A DNA stretch of 27,104 nucleotides from an uncultured Janthinobacterium sp. (lineage in GTDB: Bacteria; Vulcanimicrobiota; Vulcanimicrobiia; Vulcanimicrobiales; Vulcanimicrobiaceae): NCBI GenBank assembly GCA_964658025.1, contig CAZZXB010000004.1, positions 14,737 to 41,840 of the forward strand. Direction: 5' to 3'. Positions within the stretch are counted from its first letter, which is position 1. Every line of letters begins with the position of its first letter. A model generated the notes under the pieces. It was not told the origin of the DNA, searched no databases, and worked only from the letters and a program-made list of their open reading frames with translations. The translations under genes and the position numbers were made by a program. Below are positions 1-6,875 of this stretch, piece by piece.

Positions 1-147
1 CGGCCGGCCGACGCCGCGGTGCAGCGAGACGTTTCGTCCCAACCCTGGGAGTTCGAACGCCGGAGCGACGGCGCGACCGTCGTCGCGAACTCGACCGACC
101 GTCCGGGATCGACGACGACACGTCGCTTCCGGGCCGGTCGATGTCAT
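1..147 (-). CDS. Partial CDS running off the window edge; N-terminus resembles a TlpA/redoxin-family protein
   Basis: ATG at 147 overlaps the TMEM175 stop (ATGA), as with the upstream gene pair. The frame is open to base 1 and reads MTSTGPEAT...AVAPAFELPGLGRNVSLHRGVGRP, resembling the 'AP.F.L..L.G..VSL....GRP' start of redoxins. No CxxC is visible in the window. Confidence 0.3.
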   Translation of the reverse strand, partial: MTSTGPEATCRRRSRTVGRVRDDGRAVAPAFELPGLGRNVSLHRGVGRP

Positions 148-851
148 CCCGGGCCGATACGCGGTCTCGGCCGTTCGCCGACGTGGACCGCATCCCAACT
201 GCGCGGTCGGTAGCGCACCTTCACCGCGCGCGTGACGAGCGGGATCGCGAGGAACACCGGGCCCGCGTACGCCGGTCCGAACGCGAAATCGACCGCGAGG
301 ACGCCCGAATACACGAGGCCGACCCCGCCTTCGATCCACGTCCGCGCGGCGAGCCGCGCGACGTCGACGTCGTCGAGCACGCCGCGCGCGCGTCGCGCCG
401 ATCGTAAGCTCAAGACGAACGCCGCGATCGACGATCCGAGGAGACAGATCGCGTACGATGCGAGCCCGTAACGCGCGCCCGTGACGTCGTGCGAGAGTTT
501 CGCGTTGGCGTAGAGCGCGTAGGGCAGGAGCGCCACGAACGCGAGATAGGCGAACGCGCAGACGAGATCGATCCGGCCCGGAGCGAACGCCATCGTCAGC
601 ATCCGATGGAATCGCAGCCACAACAGCGCGATGATCGCGAAGGTGCCGAAGAAGAGCGCGTAGCGGAACGGATTGTCGACGAGGTCGGCCGTGGTGCGCG
701 GCAAGCCGAGCTGTAGCGCGAGTTGCGACATCGAGAATCCCACGACGATGTCGCCGAACGATTCGACCCGTCGCGCGACGAGCCGGCCGCGGTGCGGGAG
801 CGTTCGTAGGAACGCGTCGGTATCGGGCGTCGAAGGATCGTCGCCGTTCAT
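144..851 (-). CDS. TMEM175/DUF1211-family membrane protein (putative K+ channel), 235 aa
   Basis: ATG at 851 overlaps the upstream stop (ATGA). RVESFGDIVVGF resembles the family motif RLEAFSD.V.AI; W..FHRM and LLPY motifs; about 6 hydrophobic segments. Confidence 0.75.
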   Translation of the reverse strand: MNGDDPSTPDTDAFLRTLPHRGRLVARRVESFGDIVVGFSMSQLALQLGLPRTTADLVDNPFRYALFFGTFAIIALLWLRFHRMLTMAFAPGRIDLVCAFAYLAFVALLPYALYANAKLSHDVTGARYGLASYAICLLGSSIAAFVLSLRSARRARGVLDDVDVARLAARTWIEGGVGLVYSGVLAVDFAFGPAYAGPVFLAIPLVTRAVKVRYRPRSWDAVHVGERPRPRIGPG

Positions 852-1801
852 CCGGCGCCCCGCACGCGACCGAGCGTTTCGAATTCGCCGACGGCCCGGA
901 GGTAGAAGGCCCAGTGTCCGCGCGCCGTTCCGTAGCGCGATGCGAGCGCTTCGAACTCGCGTTCGTCGAGCGACGGAAATCCGTAGGCCGCCGCGGCCGC
1001 GGCGCGCATCGGCGCGACGGGTTCGATGCCGTCGCTCCGCCCGATTCCGCGCGTGAGCACGAACGCCGCGGACCAGGGGCCGATCCCCTCGATCCCGAGC
1101 AGCCAATCGCGCACGGCGTCGTACGGATCGCGGGCCAAGCGACGCTCGTCCGTCGCGGCGAACGCGCGCGCGACCGCGCGCACGTATGGAAGTTTGCGCG
1201 CGTTCCCGACGGCATCGGCGAGCGCCGCGTCCTCCGCCCGCGCGATCGTGGTCGCGGCGGGGAACGCCCGATAGGCCTCGCCCTCGACCTGGAGCGCGAC
1301 GCCGAATCGCTCCGTGATGCGATCTTTCGCCCGTCGCGCGATCGGCTGCGGACTGCGTTGGCCGAGGATGGCCCAGACGGCGTTCTCGAACGCCGTCGGA
1401 AAGCGCACCTGATGGAAGCCGTAGGCGACCGCCACGAGCGGCGCCATTACCGGATCGTCGCGCGCCATATCGTAGAACGGTTCGAGATCGTCGTCGAGCG
1501 AGAGATAGTGCGCGATGCGTTCGCGCGTCGCCGCGATCGTCTCGGGATCGAAGCGTTCGTCCGGAGCGAAGAGTCGGACGCCGAGTCGCGGTCGCTCGGT
1601 CGTTCCGAGGCTTCGAATACGTGCGACGATCGCGCGTCCGTCGATCTCGAACGCTTTCGTCAGCGTGTCGCCCACGATCGTCTGCTCGCCCGCGGCGGGC
1701 GAAAAACGCGTGACGAAGCGGAGCGATTTCGCGAAGTCGAAGGGCGGCGTCGCCTCGATTTCGATTTCGGCTGCGACCGCGCGGCTTTCGTGATCGGTCA
1801 T
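848..1801 (-). CDS. alkA: AlkA-like DNA-3-methyladenine glycosylase II family (HhH-GPD) protein, about 317 aa
   Basis: N-terminal PPFDF..SLRF, FE..VWAILGQ, YRAFP, HhH motif LLGIEGIGPWSA, C-terminal RG.WAFYL. An alternative ATG start lies at 1846. Confidence 0.8.
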   Translation of the reverse strand: MTDHESRAVAAEIEIEATPPFDFAKSLRFVTRFSPAAGEQTIVGDTLTKAFEIDGRAIVARIRSLGTTERPRLGVRLFAPDERFDPETIAATRERIAHYLSLDDDLEPFYDMARDDPVMAPLVAVAYGFHQVRFPTAFENAVWAILGQRSPQPIARRAKDRITERFGVALQVEGEAYRAFPAATTIARAEDAALADAVGNARKLPYVRAVARAFAATDERRLARDPYDAVRDWLLGIEGIGPWSAAFVLTRGIGRSDGIEPVAPMRAAAAAAYGFPSLDEREFEALASRYGTARGHWAFYLRAVGEFETLGRVRGAG

Positions 1802-1854
1802 TGCGGAGGTGTCGTTCGCGTGCCCGCGCGCGGCCTCATCTCGCATACGTCCCG

Positions 1855-2724
1855 CTAACGCATCGGAACGAAGACGTCGAGCGCGCCCCGGACGACGGCG
1901 AACTCGGCCGGCGTCCGCGTCGCCTCCTCGCCGTCGGTGTAGACGCGATGCGAGTGCTTCGAGGTGACGCGAAAGCGCGGACCGCTGAGGCCCGTGACGG
2001 GTGCGACCGAGGTGAAACGCCGCACGGCGACCGCCGCCACGACGGCGCACGCGTCCCACCAGTTCGCGACGTCGATGCTATAGAGGTTGAGCGTTCCGTC
2101 GTCGATGCGCGCGCCCGGCACCTCGACGACGCCGCCGAAGCGATGGCTGTTGGCGACCGTGAGTTGCACGCTCTTGAAGACGTGCTTGCGTTCGCCGTCG
2201 TCCACCACGTACGAATGCGGCTGCATCGAACGCAGCGCTCGCGCGGTCGCGATCGCGATCGAGAGCATCCCGAAGCGTTCTTTCACGTCGGCCGTCTGCG
2301 CGCGCGCGACGGCGTTGGAGAGCCCGATGCTCGCTTCGTTGAGATAGTAACGGCCGTTGACCGTGCCGACGTCGATGCGACGTCGCGTGCCGAGGTCGAC
2401 GAGCGCGCACGCGGCTTCGATCCCGAACGGGATGCGCAGCGTCCGGGCGAGTTCGTTGACGGTGCCGAGCGGAACGATCGCGAGCGGCACGTCGAGCGCT
2501 CGGATTCCGGCGACGGCCGACACGAGCGTGCCGTCTCCGCCGCCGAGCACGACGGCATCGACGCGTCCGCGATGTGCTGCGATCGAAGCGGAGAATCGTT
2601 GCGGGTCGGGATCGCTTTCGAGGAGCACCGTCTCGTGACCGCGGGCGCGCAAAGCCGCGAGCGTACGATCGCGCGCGCCCGAGCCGCGCCGCGCGCGCGA
2701 GTTGATGCCGACCAAGAGTCGCAC
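1855..2724 (-). CDS. Diacylglycerol-kinase family (YegS/BmrU-like) lipid kinase
   Basis: INSRARRG, GGGDGT, PLGTVNELARTL, IDVGTVNGRYYLN, TVAN..FGG, DDG.L and DGE motifs. Start is GTG at 2724 or ATG at 2757. Confidence 0.9.
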   Translation of the reverse strand: MRLLVGINSRARRGSGARDRTLAALRARGHETVLLESDPDPQRFSASIAAHRGRVDAVVLGGGDGTLVSAVAGIRALDVPLAIVPLGTVNELARTLRIPFGIEAACALVDLGTRRRIDVGTVNGRYYLNEASIGLSNAVARAQTADVKERFGMLSIAIATARALRSMQPHSYVVDDGERKHVFKSVQLTVANSHRFGGVVEVPGARIDDGTLNLYSIDVANWWDACAVVAAVAVRRFTSVAPVTGLSGPRFRVTSKHSHRVYTDGEEATRTPAEFAVVRGALDVFVPMR

Positions 2725-2845
2725 GCGCGGTCGTTCGAAGTGGGTGGGCCGACCCATCTAATGGCGGGTTCGATAACGATGTTTGGAGGAGTGGCTCGAC
2801 AGAAGTCGCATGAACCCGTTTCCATTCGCTGTAGCCGGAGATCGC

Positions 2846-3886
2846 ATGGCGCACCGCCGCACGACGTTCAGCAAGTTCATCATCGAAGAGCAACGGCGCA
2901 TGACGAATCCCGACGGGGAGCTCACGGCGCTGCTCAACGACGTCCAGACCGCGTGTAAGTTCATCGCGTCGGCGATCTCGCGCGGCGCGATCGACGATAC
3001 GGGTTCGGTCAAGGCGCGCGCGAACGAGATCATCCTGCGCGAGTGCGAGTGGGGCGGCCAGCTGCGCGGGATCGCCTCGAAAGAATTGCGGCTTCCGTAT
3101 CGCTTGCCGAGCGAGGTGACGCGCGGGCGTTATCTGCTCGTCGTCGATCCGATCGACGGCTCGTCGAATCTCGACGTGAACGTGACCGTCGGGACGCTCT
3201 TCTCGATCTTGCGCGCGCCCGACGGCGCGGACGATCCGTCGGTCGAGGATTTCCTACAACCGGGCTCCCGGCAGATCGCCGCCGGCTTCGCGCTCTACGG
3301 GCCGACCTCGACGATGGTGCTCACGCTCGGTTCGGGCGTCAACGGTTTCACGCTCGATCGCGAGATCGGTGCGTACGAATTGACGCATCCCGACATGCGC
3401 GTCCCCGAAACGACGACCGAGTTCGCGATCGATGCGTCGAACGAGCGCCATTGGGAGCCGCCCGTCCGACACTACGTCGAAGAGTGCAACGAAGGCGCGA
3501 CGGGACCTCGCGGCACCGATTTCAAAATGCGCTGGGTCGATTCCATCGCCGTCGAAGTCCATCGCATCCTCGTCCGCGGCGGCCTCTTCGTCTACCCGCG
3601 CGATACGAGCGAGGAGACGAAAGAGGGACCGCTGCGGCTCTTGTTCGAGGCGAATCCGATGGCGATGATCGTCGAACAGGCGGGCGGCGCGGCGTCGACG
3701 GGTCGCAAGCGCGTGCTCGACGTCGTGCCGTCGAGCCTGCACGAGCGCGTCCCCGTGATCCTCGGTTCGCGCGCGGAAGTCGAGCGGATGGATCGCTACC
3801 ACGAGACCTACGATCGCGGTGAGGAGCTGACGTTCAAAACGCCGCTCTTCCACGAGCGTTCGCTCTTCCGCACCGGCTCCGCCTAA
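2846..3886 (+). CDS. fbp: Class 1 fructose-1,6-bisphosphatase, CbbF-type (FBPase/SBPase), 346 aa; several catalytic positions are degenerate
   Basis: GGAG RBS 5 nt before ATG 2846. DPIDGSSNLDVN, LQPG..Q.AAG.ALYGP, MRW..S...EVHRIL.RGG.F.YP, LRLLFEANP and a CbbF-type tail PLFHERSLF; directly upstream of prk. Confidence 0.9.
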   Translation: MAHRRTTFSKFIIEEQRRMTNPDGELTALLNDVQTACKFIASAISRGAIDDTGSVKARANEIILRECEWGGQLRGIASKELRLPYRLPSEVTRGRYLLVVDPIDGSSNLDVNVTVGTLFSILRAPDGADDPSVEDFLQPGSRQIAAGFALYGPTSTMVLTLGSGVNGFTLDREIGAYELTHPDMRVPETTTEFAIDASNERHWEPPVRHYVEECNEGATGPRGTDFKMRWVDSIAVEVHRILVRGGLFVYPRDTSEETKEGPLRLLFEANPMAMIVEQAGGAASTGRKRVLDVVPSSLHERVPVILGSRAEVERMDRYHETYDRGEELTFKTPLFHERSLFRTGSA

Positions 3887-3895
3887 GAGGACTTC

Positions 3896-4768
3896 ATGTC
3901 GGCCAAGTATCCCATCCTCGCGATCACGGGTTCTTCCGGCGCGGGCACGTCCACGGTCAAGACGACGTTCGAGCAGATCTTCCGGCGCGAGGGCGTGACG
4001 CCCGCTGTGATCGAGGGCGATGCGTTCCACCGCTACGATCGCACCGAGATGAAGAAGATGATGGACGAGACGCTGAGCGTCGGTCGCGTCTTCAGTCACT
4101 TCGGGCCCGACGGAAATCTCTTCGAAGAACTCGAGAACGTCTTTCGCGTCTACGGCGAGACGGGCAACGCGAAAACGCGCAAGTATCTCCACGACGAGGG
4201 CGAGGCCAAGCCGTACGGTCAGCCGCCGGGGACGTTCACGCCGTGGGAAGATCTGCCGACGGGGACGGATCTGCTCTTCTACGAGGGGCTGCACGGCGCG
4301 GTCGCGACCGCGACGGTCGACGTCGCGAAATACGCCGATCTCATCGTCGGGGTGGTGCCGACGATCAATCTCGAGTGGATCCAGAAGCTCCACCGCGACC
4401 AGACCTCGCGCGGCCACTCGCAGGAGGCGATCGTCGACACGATCCTACGGCGGATGCCCGACTACGTGAATTACATCACGCCGCAGTTCTCGCGGACCGA
4501 CGTGAACTTCCAGCGCGTGCCGATCGTCGATACGTCCAATCCCTTCGTCGCGCGCACGATCCCGACGCTCGACGAGAGCATGCTCGTGATCCGTTTCGCG
4601 AACGCGCGCGGCATCGACTTTCCGTATCTCATGTCGATGCTCCACGACTCGTTCATGTCGCGCCCGAACACGATCGTCTGTCCGGGCGGCAAGATGGGTC
4701 TCGCGATGCAGCTCATCTTCACGCCGATGATCTGGCAGCTCATGGATCGCAAGAAGAAGGCGAAGTAG
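3896..4768 (+). CDS. prk: Phosphoribulokinase (class I / proteobacterial CbbP type), 290 aa
   Basis: GAGG RBS. MSAKYPILAITGSSGAGT P-loop, IEGDAFHRYDR, FSHFGP, LLFYEGLHG, NLEWIQK.HRD..RG, YITPQFSRTDVNFQRVP..DTSNPF. Confidence 0.97.
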   Translation: MSAKYPILAITGSSGAGTSTVKTTFEQIFRREGVTPAVIEGDAFHRYDRTEMKKMMDETLSVGRVFSHFGPDGNLFEELENVFRVYGETGNAKTRKYLHDEGEAKPYGQPPGTFTPWEDLPTGTDLLFYEGLHGAVATATVDVAKYADLIVGVVPTINLEWIQKLHRDQTSRGHSQEAIVDTILRRMPDYVNYITPQFSRTDVNFQRVPIVDTSNPFVARTIPTLDESMLVIRFANARGIDFPYLMSMLHDSFMSRPNTIVCPGGKMGLAMQLIFTPMIWQLMDRKKKAK

Positions 4769-4771
4769 GCG

Positions 4772-6049
4772 TCACGAAACGGCGGCGTCGCGCGGATCGC
4801 GACGCGCGCGTTTGGCCGCGTACATCGCCACGTCGGCGCGACGCAAGAGTTCGGCGGGACCGCACGCCTCGTCGGAGGTCGCGACGCCGAAGCTGGCGCC
4901 GATCGTGAAGGCGATCCGATCGACGTCGATCGGCATCGCGATCGCCGCGCGGACGCGCTCGGCGAGTTCGAGCGCGACCCTCGCCGTGCCGCCGGGGACG
5001 ACGATCGCGAACTCGTCCCCGCCCAGACGCGCGGCGAACGCCTCGCCTCCCACGCAGTGTCCGATCCGTCGGCCGACGGCGTGGAGCACCGCGTCGCCGG
5101 CCGCGTGACCGTACGTGTCGTTGATCTCCTTGAAACGATCGAGGTCGGCGAAGATGAGCGCGAAGCGTCCGCGGACGAACTCGCCTTCCAGGCGCGCGAG
5201 GAGCGAGCTGCGGTTGGGCATCTCGGTGAGCGGATCGAGGAACGCCTGCGTCTCGAGCATCCGTTCCGCGCGCTTGCGATCCGTGATGTCGCGGCCGTTG
5301 AACAACACGCCGCGGACGGAGCGATCGTCGAGGCAATTGTAGACCTGCATGTCGATCGTGCGCTCGCTGCCGTCCTTCGCGCGGACGGTGACCTCAAAGC
5401 GATCGTCGATCGTATCGAACTCGCGCGCCCGCGCGATCGTCTCGTCGATCTTCGGGCGGTCGCACGCGGCGAACATCTCGCGAAAGCGCGTTCCGAGTAA
5501 GCTCGAGACGCTGCGTTGCAGCGTCGCCTCGTGCGACGAACTGACGTAGGTGGCGCGGCCTTTCGCATCGACGAGAAACACGAGATCGCTCACGTGCGCC
5601 GCGAGCTTGCGAAAGCAACGCTCGCTGCGTCGCAGGCGACCGTTGAGCTGACGCATCCGCCCGAGATACGCACCGTTGATCGCGTTGATCGCCGACGAAG
5701 CGACGATCAACACCTCGGAATACGGCGGCACGTCGTGCATGACTTGGTGGACGGCGACGCGCTGGATCCCGAAGCAGAAGAGCGCCGCGATCACGCCGCC
5801 CGGCCAGCCGTACGTGTACGCGTACACCCACGCGGCGATATAGCTCAGCACGATCGCGCCCGGTCCGAAGACGGCCGCACTCTCGGGACGTCCGGGGATC
5901 GTGGGAACGAACGCGACGGTCATCTCGATCACCGTCGCGACGAGCGCGATCGTGAGCCGTCGATAACGGCTGCGGCCGAGTTCGTTGCGTAGTCTGCTCC
6001 ACGGCCGGGCGGCGGCGCGACGCCGCGCCCGATCGGACGCGATCTCCAA
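4772..6049 (-). CDS. Membrane-anchored PAS-GGDEF diguanylate cyclase, 425 aa
   Basis: AGGAGGT RBS 9 nt before TTG at 6049. About 4 N-terminal TM segments, PAS/PAC (SERCFRKL...DLVFLVD..G...YVS; RDITDRKRAE), DPLTEMPNR, DLDRFKEINDTYGH..GD, ARLGGDEF, AD.AMY.AK. Confidence 0.95.
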   Translation of the reverse strand: MEIASDRARRRAAARPWSRLRNELGRSRYRRLTIALVATVIEMTVAFVPTIPGRPESAAVFGPGAIVLSYIAAWVYAYTYGWPGGVIAALFCFGIQRVAVHQVMHDVPPYSEVLIVASSAINAINGAYLGRMRQLNGRLRRSERCFRKLAAHVSDLVFLVDAKGRATYVSSSHEATLQRSVSSLLGTRFREMFAACDRPKIDETIARAREFDTIDDRFEVTVRAKDGSERTIDMQVYNCLDDRSVRGVLFNGRDITDRKRAERMLETQAFLDPLTEMPNRSSLLARLEGEFVRGRFALIFADLDRFKEINDTYGHAAGDAVLHAVGRRIGHCVGGEAFAARLGGDEFAIVVPGGTARVALELAERVRAAIAMPIDVDRIAFTIGASFGVATSDEACGPAELLRRADVAMYAAKRARRDPRDAAVS

Positions 6050-6241
6050 TCCCGAGCGACCTCCTCTCTACGAGATGGTTCGTCCGTTCGATACCGCGCG
6101 CACACGTCGCGCGATGCGGCGGTCCTCGTAAGGCGCCCGAGTGTGACGGCGACGACAACGTCTCGCTAAACTTCGCGTTATTCGCGGCGATGACCAGTAT
6201 GGATTTGTGCGGATGCACGTTCGGCTTCGGGCGTCGCGCGG

Positions 6242-6257
6242 CGTGACAGGCGTCACC
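6242..6257. promoter_or_regulatory. CRP/FNR-family-like palindrome cGTGA-caggcg-TCACc in the divergent intergenic region
   Basis: GTGA-N6-TCAC core at 6243-6256, extendable to GTGAC-N4-GTCAC. It is a short motif in GC-rich DNA. Confidence 0.35.
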
Positions 6258-6389
6258 TTCGCTCACGCGTTTCAACAGAGCCACCGGTCACAAATCCGAT
6301 ACCGGCGTCCGCACGATACATCAACTACACGTAAAGGTCACGATCCAATAACGATCACGGGTCTTTACGATGACCGGAGGAACTCATTC

Positions 6390-6875
6390 GTGAAAGTCGC
6401 GTTGTACCTCGTTCTCGCGCTCTTCTCGACGACCGCGGCTGTCGAGGCCCGACCGAACGTCGTAGCCTCGATGACGCAGAGCGTCGTCTCGCTCGATTCG
6501 AGCGGTCACGTCAAGCGGGACGCCGTCGTCCCGGGCGTGCCGCTGCGACCCGGCACCGTCCTCGAATATACGATCGTCGCCACCAATACCGGAAACTCGC
6601 CCGCGCTGAGCATGAAGCCCGCGGGCAAGATTCCGTTCGGGACGATCTACAAGCCCGATAGCGCTTCGTCGAGCGTCGTCTCCGCGAAGCCCGAATTCTC
6701 GATCGACGGCGGTCGCACGTGGTCGTCTTCGCCCGTCCTTCACGTGAAGGCGGCCGACGGCACGATCGCGAGTAAGCCCGCGCCGCTCGCCGCCTACACG
6801 TCGATCCGCTGGAACGATCCGACGCTCGCGTCCTCGTCCAAAGCGACGTTCACGTACGAAGTGAGCGTGAAGTAA
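6390..6875 (+). CDS. Small secreted DUF11 / conserved-repeat-domain protein (single incomplete Ig domain), 161 aa
   Basis: GGAGG RBS at 6376-6380, GTG start, Sec signal KVALYLVLALFSTTAAVEA. PGTVLEYTIVATNTG, IPFGTIY, FSIDGGRTW, IRW; ends TFTYEVSVK. Confidence 0.85.
   Translation: MKVALYLVLALFSTTAAVEARPNVVASMTQSVVSLDSSGHVKRDAVVPGVPLRPGTVLEYTIVATNTGNSPALSMKPAGKIPFGTIYKPDSASSSVVSAKPEFSIDGGRTWSSSPVLHVKAADGTIASKPAPLAAYTSIRWNDPTLASSSKATFTYEVSVK

Noticed and set aside
6207..6389. Upstream extension of the small DUF11 ORF
   Set aside because: The GGAGG RBS and signal peptide point to GTG 6390.
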